Shown: piece by piece, positions 51,011 to 64,000 of the stretch | How positions within the stretch are numbered: the first letter of the stretch is position 1 | Layout of the letters: each line of letters begins with the position of its first letter | Assembly: GCF_006345805.1 (NCBI RefSeq) | Contig: NC_042999.1 | Location: 40,176,001 to 40,240,000, forward strand | Direction of reading: 5' to 3' | From: Octopus sinensis | Lineage: Eukaryota | Length of the DNA stretch: 64,000 nt | Notes under the pieces: model-generated | What the model was told of the DNA's origin: nothing | Seen by the model: only the letters and a program-made list of their open reading frames with translations | Databases searched by the model: none | Program-made: the position numbers and the translations under genes

Positions 51011-53324
51011 GAAGCATAACAATATAAAATTTATAATAACAGCAACAACAATAATAATAATATTAATATTAATAACAATAATTATAATTATAATTATAAT
51101 CATAATTATAATATAATTTTCTGTATGCTATGAACTTGTTTTTAGGATATGAAATCTGTTGCCGTCTGGAAAGATTATAATTCCTTCCTGAGGCAACTCT
51201 TTATTTACGGGTGTGTTTCTGTTTTAACATACATTATTGTAGCCGTATCCATATTTTTGTATTTGGGAAATATATATATATATATTATGTCTAACCAATG
51301 TTAATACAGCTCATTGAGAATTATACATACTTTTGTTACGTCCGATATTCGATAAAGAAACACTAACTTTCTTTGTTGGGGCTGATGAATCTTGATATAC
51401 TTCTGCGTTTATTAACATATATTCATATATAGCTACAATAATTTCTCTTGGCATTTTATAACTTTAGCATACTCCCACTTACTTAAGTCCCATATATACC
51501 CATATGAATTTTTCTCTTTTATTAGTCTTGCAAACGGCTACGACGTAGTTAATATTTTTCCGTCTACATCTCCATTCGTATCACTTTATTAAATCTGTTT
51601 AGTGGTTTCCAAAGGTATCATTTAGATCCGGAAATGCATTGTGATCCCGAGAGATTTCTTCAATCTCATTCGTAGGTCCTTCAGTTTTCAGCTACGGTAT
51701 CTATTTTAACATGTCAAAGATTACAAAACACTCGCCATATAGATGCGTACCTTCTCTTCGGTATATTATATATATACAGTAACCGAAAGCTTGGTTTAGA
51801 TTTACTTTATTTTCGTTTAAAATTATTTTCTATCGGTACTCGTTTTGCATCATATCTCTCTTTAAACAGATCCGTTATTTTGTACTTTTGATTTCGTTTA
51901 AGACAGAAAAACAATCCTTTTTTTTTTATAGTCTCTTCCTCTTTTGAAACAATTTATTTTAGCGTTCCATAATTCCGAATCATATTATGAACTTTATATA
52001 TATATTTTTTAATTACTGTACATCTTATATTATAAAATAATTGTTTAGTGCATACAGTTACGAGTTTGTAATAAATCTTTGTTGTATATTCTAAATAAAG
52101 TCATTATTTTGCTGTCTAATTTTGCTTCATTGTTTTGCGTTGATTGGGAATATTCGAGCTGTAACTTATTACTGCATCAGATAAACTTTTCACGCTTCTT
52201 GCAGTATTATTTTTATATAACACTCATTCAAACGTTAATCTATGTAGTCTATGATATTCCCTCCCAAACGTTTTCTCTCATTTTTGTGTTCTACGCTATC
52301 TAATTATCTGTTTTCTGGTTATTTGTGTATGTATTTGATGTTGTACTTTCATCTGTCATGATAAGGATTTTTAAAACTAATTTTCGTCTCTGGAAAGACC
52401 AACATAGTGCATTTCCCTAATCTGAATTTCATCAATTTCTCTGTAAAATTCATGTAGTTTTTATTTGTGCTTTCCTTCTTATTTCCACTCTATGACTTCT
52501 GACTACACACATAGGAAATAGAAACAATTGGTGTCCCATAGCATACGTATGGTACGTATAAAAAAATTTAATATTCTGCTAAGTACCTTTGCTTTACACC
52601 ATGAATGAATAGTTACAAGGAATATCCCTGGAAACATCATCTTCTAATGGAGACTGGGCCCGATTATACTGCACTCTACACTGTATGAATATAATTAGTT
52701 GTCATAATTAGTTGGAAATTTGATCTTGGATTGTTTCGCTTTTACTCATTATCAAAGGAAAATTAATACCATTTCCTCTTTAATGTACTGGATCAGTTAA
52801 ATTTGTGGCAGTAGCGACGTTGAAGATGATAGTATATGAATTGGTAGCGCACCAGAAATGTGGTAGCATTTGTTACCAGCAAAGATAGTGTTGGTTCCCG
52901 ACAGACACTATGTCAGTACCACCATAAGTCTGCCAGCATTTTATTTGTGTATTTTTTTCCTTATTCATGAAGCTATTGTAATGTGAAATAAAATTTTATA
53001 TAAACACTAAAATATGCGCAATACGTTAATGATTTCATATTTGATACAACATAATCTGAACTATGAGAATTTGCTCTCTATATATATATGTGTGCGTGTG
53101 TGCGTGTGTGTGTGTGTGTGTATGTGCGTGTGTGTGCGTGTGTGTTTGTGTGTGTGTGTGCATGTATCTATAAACATACATGCATACACATGTTTTGCAT
53201 AAAAGAGAAATTAGTTAAACTTTTATGTTTTTTAAAATACATTTCTTTCAGTTTTATTTTCTTTGCATTATACTTCAAGAAGGTAGCTAATATTTGAAAT
53301 ATAAAGACTGCGAGTTGCAATATA

Positions 53325-53342
53325 AGAACAACAACAACAACA

Positions 53343-53389
<47 letters not shown>

Positions 53390-53390
53390 C
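53325..53390. repeat. (AAC)n(AAT)n microsatellite
   Basis: Directly visible. Confidence 0.95.
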
Positions 53391-54362
53391 ATGTACTTCA
53401 CATACATATTTCCCGATGTTGTAGTTTTGTCATAGAAAAACATCGATTATTTGTGTTTTCTTAGCAGCGTTAGTGGTTGTTCTTCAGAAAACAACAAAGA
53501 ATTTATTAGATTTTTCTCGACTAAAATGTATGGTTTTATAAGTGGCCAATGCTCTAACGCATGTGTACACAATAGTTGGACATACTTTCCGTAAATATCA
53601 ACAAGCAGCATATATCTGTTACAGTCTCACTATTTTGTCTGGTAATGACGTTTCCTTTTTTGTCATTCGAGTTGTAATAGCGGTAATAGTAATGGTAGAG
53701 GATATGTCAGATATTTGTTTGTTTTATGTAGTGAAGGTAGTGGTGGAAAAGCACTGTTAGATTTGCATTTCACGTGGTTTTGCTTTGCTTATTTGTATTG
53801 CTTATTATCCCCATTGCCCGCTATTTCGGCAGAATGCCCAATGACATGGGGTACAATTTCTTGAGAAGACGAGAATTCTAACGTTCATTCTAGAAAGAAA
53901 TGCAGTTATGAAGTAGCCCTTAGTAGAATTAAATTGCGCAAGAGCGGGTCAGATTTTAGTGCCAGAAGGATGATTTGAATATTACTATATATAAGCAAAT
54001 ATAATCTTGTCATATTGTTTAATTTATATATTTTCTCACGCACGACAAATTCACACATCAATATCTTAACATGAATTAGGGCAGTTCCGGATTCCCTAGA
54101 TTTATTAAGTTTAAAGCTACCACATACGGTAACTAATATATGAAGATGAAAATCTACTAGAAATGTAGATAAATCTGAAACGATCGTAGTTGTGTTTAAA
54201 GTGTTTTGCCTACTAACGATATGATTCCGGATGTAGTAGCTTTGCTTGGCAGCTGGTGGCTGGTGATGTGCTTTTATAAATAGCTCAACCAAAGCCGTTT
54301 TAGTTGGATTTGGTCGAGGGAAAATTAAACACACGCTAATCTAATTTTACGTTTTGTTCTAA

Positions 54363-54393
<31 letters not shown>

Positions 54394-54908
54394 CTAGCCT
54401 TGAAGCCGCTCCTCGAGCGGCATTCGCCGGAGTTCCTGCGGAGGTCACCTCACAGGCCTTCGGCCCCACTATGGGGATGATTCGGAACCATTGTGCAATG
54501 TAATACCCAAAATAATCCTGCAAATGTACTGATGGTAGTCATATAATTTAATCAATAAACGTAGGAGCGACGTAAATGCAGTAAAAATGAAGGTGTCAGT
54601 GGGGCCCCATTTAAGCGGCCCTTCAGAAATTGAACCTTCTTACGATACTCCCTGAGAGTTTATGGTATAAAATACCTTGTCATTGCTCTGATTCTGTCAC
54701 CAGTGCCATGTATGTAGTTTAAAGTAAAAATGGGGATCAGTGGGACCCCAATCTGGGGTCCCTTAAAAAATAAACTCCCTTAGGACATTCCCTGGTATTT
54801 GGGGAGTTGCTCGTTTGAGTTTCGTTGTTTCAGCACCAACGGTCTAGGAGGACTTAGCGAACATAAAAATATAACGGACAGAGAAAACCATTCAAATTTA
54901 TTATAGGA
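54394..54908 (-). mobile_element. Complete non-autonomous Helitron (515 bp)
   Basis: Minus strand starts A^TC (54908) and ends CTAG^T (54394); 7-bp GC-rich hairpin gccgctc-ctc-gagcggc (54405-54421) lies 7 nt from CTAG; no target-site duplication; sits in (TA)n. Confidence 0.8.
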
Positions 54909-54941
54909 TGTATATATATAGACATATATATACATATAAGA

Positions 54942-54976
<35 letters not shown>

Positions 54977-56984
54977 ATATATATATATATATTTATATAT
55001 ATATATATATATATATAAATATATATATATGCATACATATAAGTATGTAAATGTTGATATAACCTCATTTAAATAACAACAGGATAAGTAGATTATAGTA
55101 AAATTACATTACTGAGAAGAGTTGCTTTAGTGCACACCAAGTTGAATGCATTTAAAGTATTCCTCAGGGCGTAACATTTGCTTTAAAACAGATTGGCAAA
55201 AAGATATTAGTTGGATTATCGAATTTTTACAAAATTGGCTCTCATGTTCAGAGAGGTTGTATCACGATTTGAGTGCATATTGTAAAGGAAAATGATCTAC
55301 AGCTGGTTTCACTGGGAGAAATGAATGAAACCTGTATATTTCAAGCTGCTATCTTTTGCGTATTCTCATCGAGAAACATTTGCTAATTTGCGACAAAATT
55401 TAATGTCATTTCAAAAGTAATATGTATAGGTTAATCTAATTGTCTAAAGAGAGCGATGGGAGTAAGTCTGTGTGTGTTTGAAACATAGTAATATGATACA
55501 CAGATAATATTCTAAGCTGGTAACATGCTATGTTACGAAACGACTCCAAACTAAAAATGCGATGCAAGAGAGATAAATGAAGAGTATTTTTCGGTGGCGT
55601 GTATTGATCATGATTAAATCATAATAACACTAGAACTCAAAACTTGTAGATATGTTTTTCATATGTATGTTAGAAGGAAGAATGCGGGAATAGAATCCTA
55701 GAAAATTCTTCAGTATTGGTCATGGGAAAAGACAGCACAATCAGTATTTATGTCCCGAAGAGTACAGGACAAGAAGAAAAAAATTGAAAATTATTTCTCC
55801 GAAATTTTTATCTGGGTGAGCTCTTTCACTTCCGTTCATTCATTATTTTTTTTTTCTCTTAAAAACGAAAAATATTAAAAATTCTTAAAATTATTAACTT
55901 TATTGTTTTTTTTTTCAGCCCTGAAATCCAAACAACAGTTTTGGTAGCTAATATATTGTATTTTGTTAAAGTTTTCACCGTACTCTAAGAAAATTTTTGT
56001 AATACCCTTAGTAAACGGGAAAAATGGCTACATACCACTAGAGACAATAAAATCCGTATCTCTCAAATACCAGTTATACGTGCTGTATTGTTATGCTAAG
56101 CAACTGATAACATAGGATACACTTTTTTAGAATGTTAGATATCTTACAATGAATTCTTCGAATTTGTTAAAACAATCAACTTTTCGGTCATTTAAAGATA
56201 TACCACAATTTTTGGAGCTAATAACGATGTTTTCATCATAGAGTTCTTTCATTTGATCACAGTTGTTGTATAGTTTTCTTCGATATTAACTGAGATATTT
56301 CGATTGAAAGTCAATTTTGCGGGGTTCCTTACAATTTTATCATCTGTTCAATTCACACAATTTTTTGTTGCTAACACCGCTTAACCCGGTTTTAATCAAA
56401 ATAATATTCTCCATGAACACACTCTTTTAAATCCAATTAATACATTCTTTCGTTTTAAAATAACAGAGATATATTGATTCAAAGTCAAATTTTCACCTGA
56501 CTCTCCCATGTTTTGAACTCACATATTTTGACCTAACTCCGTTTCAATGAATCAATTTACAATTATCTGATCCCACCCCCAAAAAAGTCTCCATTGAGTT
56601 TTGGTGAGAAATGAATTAGTTGTGAAGCCTAGAAATGCATTCGTGTATTAAAGTTGATCTGTATTCACTCACTGTCGTAAGTGAATGAAAATTGAATAAA
56701 TATAGGTGTGTGTATGGGCGTGCTAGTGTGCCTGTGTGAGTGTGTGTCTATTTAAATATATAGATAGTTAGATTGTTTAAGGGGTATACAGGTTTTATAT
56801 AGTAAAAAAAGGTGGGTAGGGACGATTTTGGACAATTATTTCTTCAACACTTTTATATGTTTTGGAGGGATTCATTATGAATGCTATGTTTGCAGAAATA
56901 TATGAGGTAGTTTTAAAAAGTCTGGATTTCACTTGGGGAGAGGACGTTCTTTGTTATTTTAAATATGTGCGTAAATGGGTGCAT

Positions 56985-57286
56985 ATGCATGTATGTATGT
57001 ATGTATGTATGTATGTATGCATGCATGTATGTATGTATGTATGTATGTATGTATGTATGCATGCATGTATGTATGTATGTATGTATGTATATGCGTGTGG
57101 CAAATTTTTGAGGCTTTGTTGGAGAGAGAAAAAAGAAAGAAAGAAAGAAAGAAAGAAGGAAAGAAAATGGCTTTTTCTGAAGAGGTTGAAATCGGGAAAA
57201 AAATTCACTTAAGCAACCAACACGATACTCTACCGATCTCTCTCTCTTTCTATCCCTCTCTCTGTCTTTCTGACTCTCTCTCTCTC

Positions 57287-57340
<54 letters not shown>
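56985..57340. repeat. (TATG)n, (GAAA)n, (CT)n, (TA)n microsatellites
   Basis: Directly visible. Confidence 0.95.
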
Positions 57341-57343
<3 letters not shown>

Positions 57344-57345
<2 letters not shown>

Positions 57346-58208
57346 ACGAAGTGGTATCGAAAATTTTCCGTACTAGTTCTCTACCTTTCCAATACGAAAA
57401 TGCGTGCGCAGTGAGAGCTAGCCGTGACTTTCACGCGGTAGCCTGCCGTTAGCGCGCCGTGTGACATCGCTATGTTTACTTTGCATCTTATAAAAATTTG
57501 TGTTTTGAAGTTACGTGTATGCTGTAGTCTGCGATTTTGACATGGACAGGATCAATGCTCCAACGGGAAATTTCGCGTGACACTTGTGACATCTGCTACT
57601 GAGGTGTTGAACATGCATCTTGCAGCGACCAGGCAATGGGTCGTACGCAATGATTCGAGTGGCACGGGCGCTTCAAAAGCGGAATCACGTAGATGGAAGA
57701 TGATGAGCTATCTGGAATCTGCTATGACCGTCACCACCGGATCTGTGGTATTGGGCATCGAGAAATTCTTTCCCGAGAACCAGACCGTCAATCGAAATTT
57801 CTACTGTGGAGTTTTGAAGTGTCTGAGGGAGAACTTTCGGAGAAAGCGTCCGGATCTGTGAAGCGTTAAGACTTGAATTCTTCAATGAGCTCTCCTCACT
57901 CGTGAGTTTTTCGACCATAACAATATCGCATTGTTTACACACCTGCCCTATTCACCAGATTTATCACTTGCGCACTTTGAACTTTTCCGCAAGATGAAAA
58001 TGAAACCACAAAGGTCGCCGTTTTAACACTTTTGTCGAGATCCAGAGTGAATCGCTGGAGGCAAGGATTCCAAAAGTGACAGAAACTCTGGATAGGTTTA
58101 TTGCTGGGCAAGGTGATTATTTCGAAGGAGTTCATGTTAAAACTTAGGTAGATAAGTTATTATTCATGAAAATGTACTAGTCGTCAATCTTCTAGATACC
58201 ACCTCATA
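57344..58208 (+). mobile_element. Internally deleted mariner (irritans-like)
   Basis: Imperfect TIRs gaagtggtatcgaaaattttccgtactagt / actagtcgtcaatcttctagataccacctc; reads SATEVLNM..FEWHGRFKSG..EDDE, PENQTVNRNFYCGVLKCLRENFRRKRPDL, HLPYSPDL, QGDYFEG. Confidence 0.88.
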
Positions 58209-58209
58209 T

Positions 58210-58665
58210 ATACTCTTTTACTCTTTTACTTGTTTCAGTCATTTGACTGCGGCCATGCTGGAGCATCGCCTTTAGTCGAGGAAATCGACCCCAGGAATTA
58301 TTCTTTGTAAGCCCAGTACTTATTCTATCAGTCTCTTTTGCCGAACCGCTAAGTGACCGGGTCGTAAACACACCAGCATCGGTTGTCAAGCAATGCTAGG
58401 GGGACAAACACAGACACACAAATACACACACATACATATATATATATACATATATACGACAGGCTTCTTTCAGTTTCCGTCTACCAAATCCACTCACAAG
58501 GCATTGGTCGGCCCGGGGCTATAGCAGAAGACACTTGCCCAAGATGCCACGCAGTGGGACTGAACCCGGAACCATGTGGTTGGTAAGCAAGTTACTTACC
58601 ACACACCCAGGGTAAATATATATATGTTGTTTAGCAAGCTACTTACCACACAGCCACTCCTGCGC
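58210..58665 (-). mobile_element. SINE family A, full length, 5' end partly duplicated
   Basis: Reverse complement of 8927-9331; agcaag(t/c)tacttaccacaca occurs twice. Confidence 0.9.
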
Positions 58666-58678
58666 CTATATATATATA

Positions 58679-58910
58679 GGCGGCGAGCTGGCAGAAACGT
58701 TAGCACGCCGGGCGAAATGCGTGGCCGTATTTTGTCTGTCGTTACGTTCCGAGTTCAAATTCCGCCGATGTCGACTTTGCCTTTCATCCTTTCGGGGTCG
58801 ATAAATTAAGTACCACTTACGCACTGGCGGCGATGTAATCGACTTAATCCGTTTGTCTTCCTTGTTTGTCCCCTCTGTGTTTAGCCCCTTGTGGGTAGTA
58901 AAGAAATATA
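58679..58910 (+). mobile_element. SINE family B monomer (tail 1)
   Basis: aggcggcgagctggcagaaacgttagcacg...gtagtaaagaaata. Confidence 0.92.
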
Positions 58911-58949
58911 TATATATATACAAATTCGAGAAAAACCACTATTATGTAA

Positions 58950-59140
58950 TTCAAACAGATGGGCGTCCACTACGTTCATGAACGTGAAGGCTCAGGTCTC
59001 CACTACGAAATCATTTGACGCATGTTCGAACTGACCACTCAATGGTTATTTCATCACCTTACGTTTCTTTAATATCGCAAGCAGTTTCAGCAGTTTTACG
59101 GGCTTTTTTGAAATTGAATAGCAAAATTGCTCGTATATCG
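58950..59140 (-). mobile_element. Mariner transposase N-terminal fragment (Hsmar1/cecropia-like)
   Basis: Reads IRAILLFNFKKARKTAETACDIKET / GDEITIEWSVRTCVK*FRSGDLSLHVHERSGRPSV. Confidence 0.75.
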
Positions 59141-59797
59141 CGGTTCGGTATCGCGGTTTGGCTGTTCCTTTTCCGATGATTGTAACAACAGTGAAAAAAT
59201 ATCAATGTTTAATTGGTGCATTTGTGCAATTCATGTCTGTATTATCAGATAACTGCAAAAAATTGTTTTTTAAAAATTCAAAACTCTGCAGTAGAAATTA
59301 TTCATGGAGTTTGAATGCCGGACCTGTATGGATGTCCAAGATGTCCGCCAGTCACTTTATTTTACGTTTCACCTCTTCCCTTAGCTAAGAATTCAGTTGG
59401 TGTCCTATTCTGGACATAGCCTCTTCTCAATGTAAAAAGAAGGGAGAATGCATCTGTCTACACGCTCTTGCATGGACACCTAAAGAAATATCAACCAAGA
59501 AATAAATGTCTTATTTGCTTGTAAATATGAATTGTTTTTGAAATATACTTACAATCATACACGCACATACAAACACGCACGCACACACAAGACACACACA
59601 CACACACACACACACGAACAAACATAGATTTCCTATACTTTTACTCCATCCCTTTAGTTTTCTATATCATTTGAAATCTGTTTGGACCTTTGTATATGTA
59701 TACATATATACACTTTTTTGTATTTCATGTATTTTATACACTTTACGTATTGATCTTTCTAATTCGCTTATCCCTGCATTTACCTACAAATATATAA

Positions 59798-59930
59798 GTG
59801 AGTGACCTGCTCGCTTAGCCAGCGGGGTGGCGTCATTTGAATGCTAAAACAATACGAAGCGCATTGTGACTAGCGATGTGTAGCAACATCTGGTAGCCTG
59901 GTCGGTTACGTGATTACGGTGATATAACTG
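59798..59930 (+). mobile_element. SINE 3' tail remnant
   Basis: gcgcattgtgactagcgatgtgtagcaacatctgg; a related tail occurs at ~61075-61120. Confidence 0.5.
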
Positions 59931-60854
59931 AGTTCGTACATCTTACATGAAAGGGATTAGTATTGGTATGTATGTATGCTCACATTTCTTAGTATCTGTT
60001 CTATATCTTCATTCTTAATTACATACATAAGATTGATTATTTACTTCAGCTTAAAAATATGTTTTCTAAATATATATGCGTGGTTTTACAAGTAATATTC
60101 ATTGTCTCGTTTCGCTTTTTATCGTATGCAGTCTATAAAATTAATGTTTTCATATAAACAAAATCTTAAGAAATATAATTGAAAAGATTGATACTATTCT
60201 CGTGTTTGTAGAAATTAATGTCCCGGCGACAAAATGTAATAAAGAATGGTATTATTATCAATTCAAGTATCTTTTGAACAAGTAACTTAATCTTTACTAT
60301 ATATGTTTCTTTGTTTCATATCATCAGTATAATAGCAGTCTTTGAAGAATTTAGCCAATAGCTCAATTTAGCGTTAGCTCCTCTCAGAATCTGTATGTTA
60401 CAACTGTTTATTATGTGTCAACCGAAAGCTAGTAATTGAGAATGATTATGCAATTTAAACACTATATGCTGCGTTCGGTTTTCATTCCGGCGGTATCTGG
60501 CACAGAGAGCACAGAGAGTAAATGTTTTATAACCTAGTGCCAATATTTGTCTTGTGAGTGGAACTGGCAAGATGAGAATCGTATTCAAGTTCATGAAACG
60601 GCTCTTACCTGTAAACTAGCAGTGTATATTTGTCGCTCAGTGTTTAACACTAATTGCACTCGGGAGTCCCGCTGTGACGCTAACGTTTCTATGGAACATT
60701 CAATTATTTACGTCTTGTAAGATCAATGAACAGGATTTATAGTTGATCGAACAACTAAAAATTGATTGATGAAACCGAAGCAGATTCAGAAAGTCATAGA
60801 CCTACGAGACATACATATGATAATTCTATGTGTGTGTGATAGTGCGTATGTGTG

Positions 60855-61125
60855 TGTGTGTTAAGACGCGGAGCCTAATGGGCAGTGAGTTGTTTCCATT
60901 CCCGAACCAGTGGGGCGTTATGTTACTGAATAATACACCCTGTTTTAGGTTGTTCCAATCCACTCAGTCGTATAGGGGTAACTATGCGATGAACTGGCCA
61001 CCCATACAAAGGAAGTCATGAGCCGCTACCAAGCCAGTGGTGTTACAATATTTTAAAACTACAATAATTTGGGGAAACGCATTGTGACTTGCGATTTATA
61101 TGGAGCTGTGTTCTATCACTGACCA
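60855..61125 (+). mobile_element. Old SINE remnant with CORE-like segment
   Basis: gttgttccaatccactcagtcgta...gcgatgaactggccacccatacaaagg...acgcattgtgac. Confidence 0.5.
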
Positions 61126-61899
61126 TATATCGTGTCAACGAGAGACATTTAACATTCAACAACAGCATTAGTATACATCAAATTATAACACTATAAGTTG
61201 TAACTAATGGAAACTCAATAGAATATCCATCTGATTCGTGAGCTTCGATTGAATATGTCTGTTAGAGTTACTAGTGATTTATATCGGTGTGAAACTCAAT
61301 AAAATATGCTTCGTGATCATAGATTTATTACGACTGTTAGATTGGCTGTGTCTGTGAGAGAACGTGTTAACCGTTCAGAATTTAAACCGGTTTTATTCAA
61401 GCCCAACTGCTGCACCTATTTTTTTTTCAATCTGGTTTTCTGTAACCACCCCATAATGTTATTCTAACAGATTGAAAATTTAATTTCCAATGATTTGAAA
61501 TCACAAAATTACGTTACAGTGCATAATTGATTGAAAACAATGTGAACAAATAAACATTACATTGGACAGGTTAATGTGACTTTCAATGAGTTAATGCCTT
61601 CCTGTCTTGAAGGATTATTGCTATATATGGCCAGTTACAAGGTTCATTAAGCCGGAAATAATCCGAAATGCCATAGCTAATATTCTACTGAAAGTTGAAT
61701 AATTTCTGCTGATGATCGTTGGGTCAACTGCCTGTTGTTATCTGTAATCATCTTCAGAACATTGGAGAGAAGCGATGTGAAATGTAGTTTAGGCCCACAG
61801 ACAAAAAAAGAAGCTTGGTCTCGAAAATGGAACCACAGCATTTAATTGTCGGTCTAACGCCCTAACCACTATGTAGTGCGCCTACCTTGTACACATACT

Positions 61900-62450
61900 T
61901 TTCTACTCTAGGCACAAGGCACGAAATTTTGGGTGACGGGCCATTCAATTAGTTCGATCCCAGTACGCAACTGATATTTAATTTATCGACTACGAAATGA
62001 TGAAAGGCAAAGTCGACCTCGGCGGATTTTGAACTCAGAGCCGTAAAGACAGACGGAATACCTCTTTCGTTATTACCCACAAGGGGCTAAACATATAGGG
62101 GACAAACAAGGACAGACAAACGGATTAAGTCGATTACATCGACACCAGTGCATAACTGGTACTTAATTTATCGACCCCGAAAGGATGAAAGACAAAGTCG
62201 ACCTCGGCGGAATTTGGACACAGAATGTAACGGCAGACGAAATACCTATTTCTTTACTACCCACAAGGGGCTAAACAGAGAAGGGACGAACAAGGACAGA
62301 CAAATGGATTAAATCGATTATATGTGCGTAACTGGTACTTATTTAATCGAACCCGAAAGGATGAAAGGCAAAGTTGACCTCGGCGGAATTTGAACTCAGA
62401 ACGTAAGCATTTCGCCCGGCGTGCTAACGATTCTACCAGCCTACCGCCTT
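61900..62450 (-). mobile_element. SINE family B trimer (tail 1, tail 1, tail 2)
   Basis: Junctions at ~62057 and ~62240 (gaatacctctttcg / gaaatacctatttc); head at the right end. Confidence 0.9.
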
Positions 62451-63521
62451 CCTACCTTGTACATATAGCAAGATGATCAACAACACACTGTCATTAATAT
62501 CATTACCCGAACAGTAGAAAATGGTTGAACCAATTGTATTTCACTTCCTCAAATAAAATTGCATCTAAATACTTCATATAAGCCAAACCATTCCTAGATT
62601 TCTCTGTTTACTTTTTTGTTGTACATAGATGCTCCAACTGCTGCAAGTAAGCTATGTGAAAATAATTCGAAGAAAGCTATGTAAGTGTTTTATACTCGAT
62701 GTTTATGGCTACCCATAAAAGTACGAAAATACGAATCAATTATTATTCGTGTGAGTTTAACCAGGAGATCGCAAAAATGCATATTACAATTCACTGTTTT
62801 ACATTGAGAATCCATATTATTATTAATAGGAAGCGGGTAACAAAATTTCATTATTTCCAAGAGCATTTAATTTGCATCATCCTTCTATAACAATATTTCA
62901 TCGTTTTGCGATGCAATAATAGAATTGTTGATTTAATTTGCTGAATATTTTTTAAAAAAGGTTATGTTAGACTATTGTTTTCATAACTCAAGTCCTCCAA
63001 CTGATCGTAAGTCCCATAATCTTATAAAGAAAACGTTGTAAGCGACTACTAGCTTTCCGTTTAAAAATTATAATAAAGGTTCACAAAAGAAAAAAAAACT
63101 ACAGAAAAATATAGATCTACACTACAAGTTTTTAAATTAATAAATATATAGCCACAATAATGTGTATTAAATATATCATAAAAAAATCTCAGCATCGATA
63201 CACATATATGAAATAGTGTAACTTAATGCCGAAGGAAGGGAAGTCTAATGGTTAGATCAAACAACTAGAAATAGCGTCTGAAATATACTTCATATACAAT
63301 TTGCAGTTCTTCGAAAAATGATCAGCTTAATAGACGAAATATTTAGTCCTATATATCTAAATAGATTTGAACACCATAGGACGACTGGAGGACTTGAATC
63401 GTAAGTAACTGTTACATCAGAGTAGAGATGAGGTCAACATCAACAAAGACACAAAACAAAAAGAAGAAAATGACCAACATGAAAGATTTGTATATAAATA
63501 TATATGTATATATATATATAT

Positions 63522-64000
63522 AGCAATAATAATTCTCTAAATGAGATATAGACAGTGACTGCTCCGTAATATAAGGGATATTAGCCAACTGAATATGGCT
63601 AGGGACAGGGCAGGGTGGTGGGGGTGTCACTGTTGCATTTAGCCCCAGGCGAACATCAACGTCACCAGATAGGCCTGACGCCATCACGGCGCCCTTTATC
63701 TTGCAAAGGGAGATCACTCACCAAGAAGCCGATACCACACACGGACCTAGGTTTCAAGGTGTATTGCCTATTATCAACGTGTGGTAGGCATCGCTTCTCG
63801 ATGAACGACCAACCTTGCAAGATACATATAAGGATTTTCAAGTAAATACATTTACTGATTTCGAAAATCCGTTCGACAGCAATAAGAATTCTCTAAATGA
63901 GATATAGACAGTGACTGCTCCGTAATATAAGGGATATTAGCCAACCGAATATGGCTAGGGACAGGGCAGGGTGGTGGGGGTGTCACTGTTGCATTTAGCC
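63522..64000 (+). repeat. Young direct repeat, 356-bp period, running off the window end
   Basis: 63522-63644 matches 63878-64000 with 2 mismatches in 123 bp. Confidence 0.95.

Noticed and set aside
53906-54334. 142-aa minus-strand ORF
   Set aside because: GTG start, no recognisable motif, no splice support; compatible with chance.
62988-63397. 12-bp inverted repeat tcaagtcctcca / tggaggacttga as possible MITE ends
   Set aside because: Too short, no clear TSD and no second copy in the window.

Overview
AT-rich, microsatellite-dense eukaryotic non-coding DNA. Its repeat families look like those of octopod cephalopods (Octopus-like; inferred from recalled repeat sequences, not a database hit). 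I found no intact protein-coding gene, rRNA, true tRNA or CRISPR array, and almost all ORFs in the supplied track are translated microsatellites or antisense readings of transposons. The window is a transposon graveyard. It holds about 9 fragments of restriction-like-endonuclease (R4/Dong-type) LINEs of very different ages, an RTE 3' end, an ORF1-only L1/Tx1-like piece, four mariner remnants, a structurally complete 515-bp non-autonomous Helitron, several foldback/MITE elements and dozens of tRNA-derived SINEs. The most interesting signals are: (1) short (TA)n-anchored elements carrying minimal hammerhead-ribozyme motifs, best at 38740-38774 (-); (2) a SINE family built as head+[core+tail1]n+[core+tail2], with the same junctions at several loci and a snap-back palindrome copied from one arm; (3) SINE head/tail swapping; (4) near-perfect DNA hairpins and a foldback element with a telomere-like spacer; (5) a circularly permuted Dong-like LINE; (6) a weak candidate microexon plus terminal exon on the minus strand at 20.2-20.6 kb. 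All protein-family assignments come from motifs read by eye.
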